Positions 37,816 to 46,962 of a DNA stretch of 64,000 nt are shown piece after piece. A program made the translations under genes and the position numbers. The stretch lies in NCBI GenBank assembly GCA_018396635.1, contig JAGTQE010000002.1, positions 9,615 to 73,614 on the forward strand, written 5' to 3'. The first letter of the stretch is position 1; every line of letters starts with the position of its first letter. Under the pieces are notes generated by a model. It made no database searches. It had not been told where the DNA came from and worked only from the letters and a program-made list of their open reading frames with translations. The DNA comes from Candidatus Bathyarchaeota archaeon (GTDB lineage Archaea > Thermoproteota > Bathyarchaeia > Bathyarchaeales > DTEX01).

Positions 37816-38613
37816 ATGAAAATAGCTGTTGCCGGAAAGGGTGGTGTCGGAAAAACCCTAATTTCCGGGACTCTTGCACGCTTTTATGCGCGCTCAGGAT
37901 ACCGTGTGCTTGCAGTTGATGCTGATCCAGCGATGAACCTGGCGTATGCCATCGGCATACCGTTTGAAGCCTCGTCAAAAATAATACCTATAGCTGAGAA
38001 TACTGCGCTTATAGAGGAGAGGACTGGAGCTAAACCCGGATCAGCCTTCGGAATATTCTTTAGCCTAACGCCTACAGTGGATGATATAGCGGATAAATAT
38101 GGCGTGATTGGGCCTGACGGGGTTAGGCTACTTGTTATGGGGACAATAAGGTCCGGCGGCTCCGGCTGCTCATGCCCAGCAAACTCTCTCGTAAGCGCGT
38201 TGATCAGACATATAACCCTGAGAAAGGGAGATATTGTGGTAATGGATATGGAGGCAGGTTTAGAGCATCTTGGTAGGGCTACGGCTAGGGGATTCGACGC
38301 CCTTCTCTGCGTTGTTGAGCCGAGTGCCCCCTCAATAGAGACGGCTATTAGGATAAGGGATTTGGCTTATGACATCAATATAAGACGCGTAATCTTTGTT
38401 GGGAATAAAATCTCAGATCAAGAAGAGAAGAAGTATATTGAGGAGTCGCTTAGCAGGTTCGGCTTAAGCGTATTACATTTTATTCCATTCGATCAATGTG
38501 TCGCCAGGGCTGGAAGACTTCGTGTGGCGCCAATAGATTACTCGCCATCATCGCCAGCAGTATTGGCGATTAAGGAGCTGGGAGAAAAGTTGGTGGAGAT
38601 GCTTTTAGGGTAA
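37816..38613 (+). CDS. cooC: CooC-family Ni-insertion ATPase, paralogue 2 (canonical)
   Basis: MKIAVAGKGGVGKTLIS deviant Walker A, DADP, GGSGCSCPAN CxC motif, DMEAGLEH. Confidence 0.85.
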   Translation: MKIAVAGKGGVGKTLISGTLARFYARSGYRVLAVDADPAMNLAYAIGIPFEASSKIIPIAENTALIEERTGAKPGSAFGIFFSLTPTVDDIADKYGVIGPDGVRLLVMGTIRSGGSGCSCPANSLVSALIRHITLRKGDIVVMDMEAGLEHLGRATARGFDALLCVVEPSAPSIETAIRIRDLAYDINIRRVIFVGNKISDQEEKKYIEESLSRFGLSVLHFIPFDQCVARAGRLRVAPIDYSPSSPAVLAIKELGEKLVEMLLG

Positions 38614-38639
38614 GGGTCGAGCAGTATCTTCTGAGACGT

Positions 38640-39416
38640 TCATGGTCTTTCGGCAAGCATCTTTTCCTCTATAATTTTTCTAAGGTCTAATATGGCTATG
38701 CTCGATTTTAACGGCTCTTTCCGGAGGCATGAAAGGTAAACTTCTTTATCAAACCTCACTATGCCGTCAACACTTAACCCAACTTCAGAGGCTTTCTCCA
38801 TGACTAAGTCTTTAATATCATCAGTAACTTTATTCGCTATAACCCAGAACTTCTTCCCCAAATCCTGAGATACCTTCTTCAGTAACAAGGCCAATTCTAT
38901 GGACTCCGCGGTTGGGTCAATAATGGCTATTAGTCCATCAGAAACCTCTTCAAGCCTCCTCCCTATATGCTCAATACCGGCGTCGGTGTCTACTAGGACG
39001 ATCTCGTCATCTTTAAGGCGTATGTTTCCAAGTAATATTCTTGTCAATATGTTGAATGGACAAGCACACCCCTCACCATATTCTCTGACTTTGCCTATGG
39101 TCACGAGCTTTATCCCGTCCCTAGAGGTTGCAACATACTCCTCTGACAGCAAGTCTAGTCTAATGCCCTCTCTAGCCCTTGAGAGAGTCCTAGCGATGTC
39201 AGGCTCCATCTTCTCAAGCGCCTCCTCACTCCTCTTCCCACCAATATATTCGATAAGAGGTTTAGGCGCCTTAACCCCCAATAGGATGGGCAAAAGAACG
39301 TTAGATTCATCCGAGTCAACTATGTAAGCCTTAAACTTCTCCGAGAATACCCTGGCCATAAGAACAGTCAAAACGGTTTTTCCAGTCCCGCCCTTACCGC
39401 AGACCATTAGCTTCAT
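38640..39416 (-). CDS. cooC: CooC-family Ni-insertion ATPase, paralogue 3
   Basis: MKLMVCGKGGTGKTVLT, GEGCACPFN CxC motif, DTDAGIEH. The start is taken at ATG 39416; the track GTG at 39425 is also possible. Confidence 0.8.
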   Translation of the reverse strand: MKLMVCGKGGTGKTVLTVLMARVFSEKFKAYIVDSDESNVLLPILLGVKAPKPLIEYIGGKRSEEALEKMEPDIARTLSRAREGIRLDLLSEEYVATSRDGIKLVTIGKVREYGEGCACPFNILTRILLGNIRLKDDEIVLVDTDAGIEHIGRRLEEVSDGLIAIIDPTAESIELALLLKKVSQDLGKKFWVIANKVTDDIKDLVMEKASEVGLSVDGIVRFDKEVYLSCLRKEPLKSSIAILDLRKIIEEKMLAERP

Positions 39417-39498
39417 GCCTAACACCGCAAAACAGTACTATGGTAGACTATAGTTAAATGTTTTGTTAGGGTTACCGTGTGAAACCAAAATGTGGCTG

Positions 39499-39705
39499 CT
39501 AGACGATCCTCGAATGCTCCAGTATAACTGTTGAGTTTAGTGCGTCTATAAGCGTCAGCCTCATGTTTTGCAATGTTTTCTCCTCAGCTTCCACATTCAG
39601 GATCCTTATGTTTCCGCCGTCTATGGCGATGAGGGCAACATTATCGGCAATAAGCTTTCTCTCACCAGTCTTAGGGTTGTCAACGTAGACTTTTAGAAGG
39701 CACAT
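39499..39705 (-). CDS. cooT: CooT-family small nickel-binding protein
   Basis: 68 aa. It begins MC (Cys2 is the Ni ligand in characterised CooT) and looks like a beta-rich small domain. It lies 73-82 nt upstream of a cooC paralogue on the same strand (82 if cooC starts at 39416). Confidence 0.65.
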   Translation of the reverse strand: MCLLKVYVDNPKTGERKLIADNVALIAIDGGNIRILNVEAEEKTLQNMRLTLIDALNSTVILEHSRIV

Positions 39706-39764
39706 AATTCCTAGTTACAATCCGCCGCTAATAAAGGATGCGCTCCACGTTTTGTGGGGAGAAG

Positions 39765-39770
39765 TTTATA
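39765..39770 (+). promoter_or_regulatory. Candidate TATA box giving a leaderless elp3 mRNA
   Basis: TTTATA ends about 26 nt upstream of ATG 39797, with no Shine-Dalgarno sequence in between. Confidence 0.25.
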
Positions 39771-39796
39771 CCTATCTTCCCCACGTTTATGAAGTG

Positions 39797-41398
39797 ATGA
39801 ACAGCGCTATACACAGAGAGATAATCGAATATTTAATGAATATGCCGAATCCAACGCCCAAAGATGTTCAGGTAGCCAAGATTAGGGTTGCTGAAAAATA
39901 TAGGTTAAGCACACTCCCACCGAACTCCGAAATCATAAAATACTTGAGACCAGAAGAGAAGTTTAAGCTACTCAAAGTTTTGAGGAGGAAGGCTGTCCGA
40001 ACAATTTCAGGGGTAACAATTATCGCAGTTATGGCCAAGCCCTGGCCATGTCCACAGAAGGAGCCATGCGCATACTGTCCGGGCGGACCATACTATGGCG
40101 TTCCGCAAAGCTATACTGGCCGTGAGCCGGCAACAATGCGTGGACTACAATTTAACTTTGACCCCTACAAGCAGGTGAGGCATAGGATTGAGCAGCTTAG
40201 GGCTATAGGTCATGCTGTTGATAAAGTTGAGCTAATAGTTATGGGCGGAACTTTTCCGGCAATGCCTGAAGATTACCAGAGGCTTTTCATTAAGGAGTGT
40301 TTGGATGCAATTACCGGTGTACGCTCAACATCGCTTGAGGAGGCTAAGAGGAACGCTGAGGTGGGTGAGATAAGGAACGTTGGGATAACTATTGAGACCC
40401 GCCCAGACTGGTGTAAGGAGCAGCATGTCGACTTAATGCTCTCCTATGGGGCAACGCGTGTTGAGATAGGCGTACAAAATATCTATGATGATATATATGC
40501 TCTTGTGAATAGAGGGCATACCGTAAAAGATGTTATAGAGGCAACTAGGATCCTAAAGGATTCTGGTCTCAAAGTAGTATATCATATGATGCCTGGGCTT
40601 CCGGGATCTGATTTTGAGAGGGATCTCGAGGCCTTTAAGAGAATCTTCTCTGACTCAGACTTTAAACCAGATATGCTTAAAATATATCCATGCTTGGTGG
40701 TTAAGGGGACTAAAGTCTATGATTGGTGGGTTAAGGGTCTCTATAAGCCCTACACGACTGAGGAGGCTGCTAAACTGATAGCTGAGGTTAAGAAGATTGT
40801 TCCGGAATGGGTTAGAATTATGCGTGTTCAGAGGGATATACCTGCATACCTTATAGAGGCTGGCGTGAAGAGCAGCAACCTTAGGGAAATAGCCCTAAAG
40901 ATGCTTAGGGACATGGGATTGCGCTGTAGGTGTATTAGGTGCCGTGAGGTTGGACATAGATGGCTTAAAGATCACATTAAGCCAAACATGGATAACGTTA
41001 AGATTTTGGTTAGGCGATATGAGGCCTCTAAGGGGGAGGAGTTCTTTATATCCGCCGAAGACACGGTGAACGACGTGCTTATAGGGTACTTGAGACTTAG
41101 AATTCCATCTGATATGGCCCACAGACCAGAGATCTCTGGGAAGAATGCTTCAATAATTAGAGAACTGCGAGTTCTAGGGCCGTTGGTTCCGGTTGGTAGG
41201 CGTGAGGGCGAGGGCTATCAGCACAAGGGCTTTGGCAGAGTTCTTCTAGAGGAGGCTGAGAGGATAAGCCTTGAGCAAGGCTGTAAGAAGATTCTTGTGA
41301 CGAGCGCTCTTGGAACAAAACGGTATTATATGCGTTTAGGCTACACTTATGATGGTCCGTATATGAGTAAAAATCTATATGGAGGCAATAACTTATAA
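39797..41398 (+). CDS. elp3: Elp3-type tRNA U34 modification radical-SAM/GNAT enzyme
   Basis: Radical SAM segment VMAKPWPCPQKEPCAYCPGG, a C-terminal GNAT region (QHKGFGRVLLEEAE), and CRCIRCRE. The start is taken at ATG 39797; the track gives TTG 39752. Confidence 0.9.
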   Translation: MNSAIHREIIEYLMNMPNPTPKDVQVAKIRVAEKYRLSTLPPNSEIIKYLRPEEKFKLLKVLRRKAVRTISGVTIIAVMAKPWPCPQKEPCAYCPGGPYYGVPQSYTGREPATMRGLQFNFDPYKQVRHRIEQLRAIGHAVDKVELIVMGGTFPAMPEDYQRLFIKECLDAITGVRSTSLEEAKRNAEVGEIRNVGITIETRPDWCKEQHVDLMLSYGATRVEIGVQNIYDDIYALVNRGHTVKDVIEATRILKDSGLKVVYHMMPGLPGSDFERDLEAFKRIFSDSDFKPDMLKIYPCLVVKGTKVYDWWVKGLYKPYTTEEAAKLIAEVKKIVPEWVRIMRVQRDIPAYLIEAGVKSSNLREIALKMLRDMGLRCRCIRCREVGHRWLKDHIKPNMDNVKILVRRYEASKGEEFFISAEDTVNDVLIGYLRLRIPSDMAHRPEISGKNASIIRELRVLGPLVPVGRREGEGYQHKGFGRVLLEEAERISLEQGCKKILVTSALGTKRYYMRLGYTYDGPYMSKNLYGGNNL

Positions 41399-41446
41399 TG
41401 GGGTTGCCCCGCCTGATAGGCAACTTTATCAAGGGTGGTTTACACA

Positions 41447-43201
41447 ATGATGAAGTCGGTGGATAAGTTCGAGAAGATAAGCGAGCTGGCTCGTAGAAGA
41501 GGCTTCTTCTGGCAATCCTATGAGATTTATGGCGGCGTAAGCGGCTTCATAAGTTGGGGGCCTTTCGGCGCAGCCATGAAGCGGAGAATAGAGGATAAAT
41601 TCAGGGATATTTTTCTAAGGAGACTAAACTTCTATGAGGTTGAGACGCCAATAATTGCTCCTGAAAGGGTCTTTAAGGCCTCAGGCCACATAGAGCATTT
41701 TAAGGAGCCTATGGTTGAGTGTTTAAAATGTAAGAGAAAGTTTAGGGCAGACCACCTACTCCAGGAGCTTGCGGGAATCGCTTCTCAAGAAACCGATAGG
41801 ATGGGGCTTCAGGAGATTAAGCATGAGATTGAAGTGCGAAAGATTAAGTGCCCAGATTGTGGCGGGGAGTTTTCGGAGCCAAGATACTTCTTGACAATGT
41901 TTCAGACAAACATTGGCCCCTACTCTGAGAGCGTAGGTTATGGCCGACCTGAGGCAGCTCAAGGAATATTTGTTGAATTTAAGCGCCTATATGAGCAGGT
42001 TAGGGAGAGGCTTCCAATAGGTTTTGCCCAAATAGGGCATGCGTTGAGGAATGAGATATCGCCTAGGCAGGGTCCAATAAGGCTTAGAGAGTTCACGATA
42101 ATTGACTTAGAGTTCTTCTTTGACCCGGAGAATCCCAGATGCCCATTGTTAAGCGAGGTTGAAGACGAGAAGCTTAGGATTGTCTTGGCAAGGAATAGGC
42201 TTCGTGGAGATGAGAGTCCGGTGGAGCTAACAGTTAAAGAAGTTGTGGCTAATGGCTATGTAATGGTTGAGTGGCTTGCCTTCTTCATGGCTTTGGGCAA
42301 AAGATTTGTTACGAGCCTAGGCATACCTGAGGATAAGCAGCGCTTTATAGAGAAGCATCCTTGGGAGAGAGCGCATTACTCGGCTCAGGGATTCGACCAG
42401 GAAGTCTACCTGGAGCGGTGGGGTTGGGTTGAGGTTGCTGGCTTCAACTATCGAACAGACTACGATTTGAAGGGACATATGATGGAGAGCGATGTTGATA
42501 TGAGAGTCTTTAAGCCCAGTGATAAAGTTACTACAAGGACGGAAATGAGGGTTAAACCAAAACTCCAGAATATAAGTAGGGAGTTCGGCGAGAAAACGCC
42601 TGAAGTAGTAAATTTACTTAAAAGCGTTAGGTCGGAGGATCTTATAAAATCTTTTAACGAGAAGGGCTTTTATGAGGTTGGTCGCCTAAAGATTACGCCT
42701 GAACACGTCGAGATTGTTCTGGAAGAGGTTAAGGATGAGGGTAAGCGTTTCATACCACATGTTATTGAACCGAGTTTCGGATCGGATCGCTTAACCTATG
42801 CGGCTCTAGAATACGCTTACACCATCAAGGATGGTAGAGTTGTCCTTAAGTTGCCTAGAGACATAGCCCCTGTACAGATAGCAGTCCTACCGCTTGTTAG
42901 TAGGGATGGTTTACCTGAAAAGGCTAGGGAAATCTATAAGATGCTTATTGATGAGGGATTTACCGTTGAATATGATGAGTCTGGCTATATTGGCAGGAGA
43001 TATGCACGGTTTGATGAGATAGGAGTCCCATTATGTGTAACAATAGATTATCAGACGCTTAAAGATAATACTGTAACGATACGCGACAGGGATACCTGGA
43101 GGCAGATTAGGGTTGAAATAGCGAGGTTGCCTTGGCTTATATATAATTATCTACGGTACAAGATCAACTTTGAGGATATGGGTCCCCCTATAGAAAAATG
43201 A
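41447..43201 (+). CDS. glyS: Glycine--tRNA ligase (archaeal/eukaryotic alpha2 type)
   Basis: RRGFFWQSYEIYGGVSGFISWGPFG, RNEISPRQGPIRLREF, SFGSDRL. ATG start at 41447; the track gives GTG 41435. Confidence 0.9.
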   Translation: MMKSVDKFEKISELARRRGFFWQSYEIYGGVSGFISWGPFGAAMKRRIEDKFRDIFLRRLNFYEVETPIIAPERVFKASGHIEHFKEPMVECLKCKRKFRADHLLQELAGIASQETDRMGLQEIKHEIEVRKIKCPDCGGEFSEPRYFLTMFQTNIGPYSESVGYGRPEAAQGIFVEFKRLYEQVRERLPIGFAQIGHALRNEISPRQGPIRLREFTIIDLEFFFDPENPRCPLLSEVEDEKLRIVLARNRLRGDESPVELTVKEVVANGYVMVEWLAFFMALGKRFVTSLGIPEDKQRFIEKHPWERAHYSAQGFDQEVYLERWGWVEVAGFNYRTDYDLKGHMMESDVDMRVFKPSDKVTTRTEMRVKPKLQNISREFGEKTPEVVNLLKSVRSEDLIKSFNEKGFYEVGRLKITPEHVEIVLEEVKDEGKRFIPHVIEPSFGSDRLTYAALEYAYTIKDGRVVLKLPRDIAPVQIAVLPLVSRDGLPEKAREIYKMLIDEGFTVEYDESGYIGRRYARFDEIGVPLCVTIDYQTLKDNTVTIRDRDTWRQIRVEIARLPWLIYNYLRYKINFEDMGPPIEK

Positions 43202-43293
43202 GGCTTTCACTGGTCTATTATAGGTAGATTTTTAAGTCCTCTTTAAATTCTATTTCTTAAGGAAATAATGTTATTACGACTGGAGGATTACGG

Positions 43294-43953
43294 TTGGTAT
43301 TTCCAATAGAAGCCGAGCCGCGTGCCAAGAGAAGGGCACTAAACCTCTGCCAGGATCATTTAAGGAAGATTATTGAGATTGTTCGAAAAACATCACAGCT
43401 GGTTGACGGCTTTGTGGCTAATGATTCGAATTCTGTAGCGCGTCTATATGCTGATGTGCAGAAGCTTAGCGATGAGATTGCGGAGTCGAAGAGGACTGTT
43501 ACTCAGGAGATAGTGGAGGTTGGCGCCATACTCCTCAACCGAGAAGACTTCTTAAGGTTCGTTTACGTGACTAGCGAGATAGCCGACTTATGTAAGGGCG
43601 TATCATTTAGGATACTGGCGCTAATGGAGCGGAGTTGGGAGGTCCCTCAAAACATTAAAAACAGTTTAGCTGAACTCTCAACAGCGGTATTTAATGCGAT
43701 GATGAGGTTAAGGGATACTGTATTCGCGTTAAATTACGGGTCTCCGCAACTGTTTGAGAAGGCTAGGGAGGTTGAGGTTGCGGAGAGGGAGGTTGACAAT
43801 ACCTACAGAAAGACTGAGCTGCTCATATTGGAACAAAATATCGAGATATCGAAACTGCTCCTAATAAGGGATATAGCCAGCCTCCTCGAGGATATAGCGG
43901 ATAAGATAGAGGATGCTTCGGATGCGACGAGGATTCTTTCCCTAATCCTATAA
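43294..43953 (+). CDS. DUF47/PhoU-like helical protein
   Basis: 219 aa, all-helical. The C-terminal LLEDIADKIEDASD is typical of DUF47 (TIGR00153-like) proteins. No phosphate transporter lies adjacent. Confidence 0.5.
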   Translation: MVFPIEAEPRAKRRALNLCQDHLRKIIEIVRKTSQLVDGFVANDSNSVARLYADVQKLSDEIAESKRTVTQEIVEVGAILLNREDFLRFVYVTSEIADLCKGVSFRILALMERSWEVPQNIKNSLAELSTAVFNAMMRLRDTVFALNYGSPQLFEKAREVEVAEREVDNTYRKTELLILEQNIEISKLLLIRDIASLLEDIADKIEDASDATRILSLIL

Positions 43954-43992
43954 TCCAATGCAATGCCATGTTATTGGAGGACTGAATGACAG

Positions 43993-44559
43993 ATGGCTCA
44001 GGAAGACAGAAAAATTGAGGCTGAGCTCTTAGAGAACTTTCTGATCGTATGGAATCCGAAAGATGGCTCAGCCCTCTATAGAATGGGATTTTATGGTAAG
44101 CCGCTCGGCATACCGAAGCCGAAGAGCCCGGACTTCAATGTCCCGTTAGTGCTCGATCTGATGGAAGGTCTCTATCTCCTAGAGAAGGGGATAATAAACG
44201 TTTTCGAGGGGCCTGAAAAGAGTAGGGTTAGCGCGAGGGTTTTAAGGGCTAGGGCTAGGCAAGTTTATGAAGATTTCGACTTAAAGTTTACCGTATACAA
44301 AGACTTAAGGGAGAAAGGGCTTGTCGTAACACCTGGCGTAAAGTTTGGATGCGACTTCGCAGTATATAAGCAGGGTCCCGGCCTAGAGCACGCTCCCTAT
44401 ATGGTTTCAGTTAAAAGTAGGAAGGATGAAATAACGCCGACAGAAATAGTTAAGGCTGGGAGGCTTGCAACAACGGTTAAGAAGCGTTTTATTATAGCTG
44501 TTCCGGATATGGAGAGGGGTAAAGTAGAATACTTGATTTTTAAGTGGTTTAAGGCGTAA
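43993..44559 (+). CDS. endA: tRNA-splicing endonuclease, catalytic subunit
   Basis: 188 aa. GVKFGCDFAVYKQGPGLEHAPYMVSV, with a downstream Lys (TVKKRF) completing the Tyr/His/Lys catalytic triad. Confidence 0.85.
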   Translation: MAQEDRKIEAELLENFLIVWNPKDGSALYRMGFYGKPLGIPKPKSPDFNVPLVLDLMEGLYLLEKGIINVFEGPEKSRVSARVLRARARQVYEDFDLKFTVYKDLREKGLVVTPGVKFGCDFAVYKQGPGLEHAPYMVSVKSRKDEITPTEIVKAGRLATTVKKRFIIAVPDMERGKVEYLIFKWFKA

Positions 44560-44566
44560 AGAAGGG

Positions 44567-44935
44567 TTAAGCGGCTTCTTTCCCCCCTTCTAAAATCTTC
44601 ATGTTTATCTGTAGAGTATCCTCTGTTATCATGTTCCCCCTAACTATCTTTCTCCTCCTCTCACCCTTATCCTTTGGCATAAATCCAGGCCCGTCGCTTA
44701 AGAGTATGCGAGTCTTCACTCCGCCATGAACATCCGGTCTCATTGGAAATCCATCCTTATCGCTTCCGCCAGTTATTATAAGTCTTACACCGGGCATCCC
44801 AATTATTGTCCCATCAATGGTATCTCCAATCTTCCTGCCGATTAAGGGGGCTGCTCTGGCGCCCTCAACCTCAACGCTCTTTGATTTACCGGTTTTAGGA
44901 TCTGAAACTACGATCTTAAACTTAGCCATCCTCAA
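44567..44935 (-). CDS. rps6e: 30S ribosomal protein eS6
   Basis: MAKFKIVVSDPKTGKSKSVEVEG..., GGSDKDGFPMRPDVHG, RRRKIVRGN. Confidence 0.9.
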   Translation of the reverse strand: MRMAKFKIVVSDPKTGKSKSVEVEGARAAPLIGRKIGDTIDGTIIGMPGVRLIITGGSDKDGFPMRPDVHGGVKTRILLSDGPGFMPKDKGERRRKIVRGNMITEDTLQINMKILEGGKEAA

Positions 44936-45037
44936 CCTCTCCGGGAAACATATTTTTGAAAAAAAGAAGTTTTAGCATATAAATTATTCGTATCACTTCA
45001 AGGTCTAATCCTCACTTTTAACTTAAGGGTTAAAGTT

Positions 45038-45055
45038 CTCCAATAAATATTGGAG
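45038..45055 (-). terminator. 7-bp stem / 4-nt loop hairpin just after the transglutaminase-like gene stop
   Basis: CTCCAAT-AAAT-ATTGGAG starts 14 nt downstream of the stop at 45069-45071 (minus strand). No oligo-T tract follows, so a terminator role is uncertain. Confidence 0.2.
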
Positions 45056-45068
45056 GGTGGAACGCTTC

Positions 45069-46226
45069 TCAAGCAGAGCGCTGCCTGAAAACACGTAGGA
45101 TTAATGTTGGTAGCATTATGGGACGCCTTATGCTCAGATGAAGGATATTGTATGTTTCCTCCCTCATAATATCCTCCTCATATATGTAGAATTCGTGGGA
45201 TTCGAGGAAGCTCTTCAGTGCCCTCGCTTCGGCAGCATAATCCAATTCAGTTATATTCATATACTGAAAAGTGAAATGTTTCACTATAGCTGAGGCTGTT
45301 ATAGACTTTAATGGTTCACTCTTAAGATCACCTTCAACATAAGTTAAATCTACTGGCAGCCAACCCCATGGTGGAATAAAGACCATTGCCCAGCCGTGCC
45401 AGCCAACTTCAACCTGCTTAAAGAGCAAATGCCCGTCATAGTAGGATTTGCTACTGCTCCAGCCACGTATATATATGCAGCCGACCTGCAAGTAGGCTGG
45501 TATGCCAACCGCGCGGCAGAACGTTATGAGAAGATTTGCTTGGTCATCGCAGTCGCCTTCACCGCTAGAAAAAGTCTCTATAGGGTATCTTGGCAATTCG
45601 GAAGATCTGTATCTTATCTCTTTTGTTATCCACATAATAAATCTCTTGACTATTTTTAGGACATTGGTCTCGTCGCCGGCTATCTCTAAAGCCTTCTCCA
45701 TCAATACAGATATATTTGATTGCCAGAGTTTCGTGGGCTGACAATACCTTCTCCTAAGTTCCTCAGGTATATCATAAATTTTTCCGGATTCATTTTCCGA
45801 GACGCTGGGCAGCATCCTCTCCCTATAAATCAAGATGTACGTGAAATTGAAATGTAGCTTTCCGCCGGGCTCTATCGCTCTCCTTGAAAAATCTAGTATT
45901 GCCATCAGGTTTCCATTCGAATCCCTATATGTCCTCTCTACGCCATGTGAAGTCCTCGTTAAATAAACTTCCTGCCAGCTGTTGTTGGCGAATAAACCTA
46001 TTGCCCTATCACTCTCAGTTAGATTCCATACTATTTGCGTATTTCTATTCTCCAGAGTAACCCTTATTGTTAAGCTAAAAATCCTCTCCGCTAAGGGTTT
46101 ATGGATGACCTGCACAAAAAATGACAGGAGAAATAATGTCAAAACAAATAATAGAATAGCGTTGCTCCTCGCGCTTAATCTACCCCCGCTTTTCTCTGAA
46201 TTAAGGTTCTTCATCCCTATCAACAT
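45069..46226 (-). CDS. Membrane-anchored transglutaminase-like cysteine protease-fold protein
   Basis: N-terminal TM helix (AILLFVLTLFLLSFFVQVI). Candidate Cys-His-Asp triad: GEGDCDDQANLLITFCRAVGIPA, GWHGWAMV, LPVDLT. Confidence 0.7.
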   Translation of the reverse strand: MLIGMKNLNSEKSGGRLSARSNAILLFVLTLFLLSFFVQVIHKPLAERIFSLTIRVTLENRNTQIVWNLTESDRAIGLFANNSWQEVYLTRTSHGVERTYRDSNGNLMAILDFSRRAIEPGGKLHFNFTYILIYRERMLPSVSENESGKIYDIPEELRRRYCQPTKLWQSNISVLMEKALEIAGDETNVLKIVKRFIMWITKEIRYRSSELPRYPIETFSSGEGDCDDQANLLITFCRAVGIPAYLQVGCIYIRGWSSSKSYYDGHLLFKQVEVGWHGWAMVFIPPWGWLPVDLTYVEGDLKSEPLKSITASAIVKHFTFQYMNITELDYAAEARALKSFLESHEFYIYEEDIMREETYNILHLSIRRPIMLPTLILRVFRQRSA

Positions 46227-46305
46227 GGCATAAGCAATTAAAAATAAGATCTCCGTGAAATTTAAATAAATGGTTTAGTAGCAGAGTATTTGATGGTGAC
46301 GTTTT

Positions 46306-46845
46306 ATGCAGGTTAATGTGGGAGAAACGATAATTGAGCTTGTTAGGGGAGATATAACTGAATTAGATGTTGACTGCATAGTTAATGCGGCGAATAGTCT
46401 GCTTAAGATGGGCGGTGGGGTTGCCGGGGCGATAAGGAGGAAGGGTGGGCCGAAAATACAGGAAGAGTGCGATGAGATTGTCTCTAAAAGCGGCCCTGTA
46501 CCGGTTGGAGGAGCAGTTATAACTGGCGGAGGAAACTTAAAGGCAAGATACGTGATACATGCTGTTGGTCCAGTCTATGGTGAGGGCGATGAGGAGCGAA
46601 AGCTCAGGGATGCAACCCTAAACAGCCTTAAGCTGGCCGAGCAATATGGCATATCAAGTATAGCTTTTCCAGCTATATCAACTGGCGCTTTTGGTTTACC
46701 AAAGAAGATTTGTGCTGAGGTAATGATCTCGGCGGCAATATCGTATGCTAAGGGTGGGACGAAAATAAAGAAAATAATCTTCTGCTTATATGATGAAGAA
46801 ACATTCAATATATTCAAAGAGACTTTAGAAAGATCTAAAATTTGA
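46306..46845 (+). CDS. Macro-domain protein (ADP-ribose/O-acetyl-ADP-ribose binding or hydrolysing)
   Basis: GDITELDVDCIVNAANSLLKMGGGVAGAI, HAVGP, and FPAISTGAFG motifs. Confidence 0.85.
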   Translation: MQVNVGETIIELVRGDITELDVDCIVNAANSLLKMGGGVAGAIRRKGGPKIQEECDEIVSKSGPVPVGGAVITGGGNLKARYVIHAVGPVYGEGDEERKLRDATLNSLKLAEQYGISSIAFPAISTGAFGLPKKICAEVMISAAISYAKGGTKIKKIIFCLYDEETFNIFKETLERSKI

Positions 46846-46962
46846 GGCGATGGCGCATCATTATCTCTAGCCAACATATATAAGACAGCGGGGATCTGGA
46901 GTTTGAGCGGATCTTCTAAACCGATTAAAAGTTTTTAGACATGTTTTATCAGAGATTTATAC

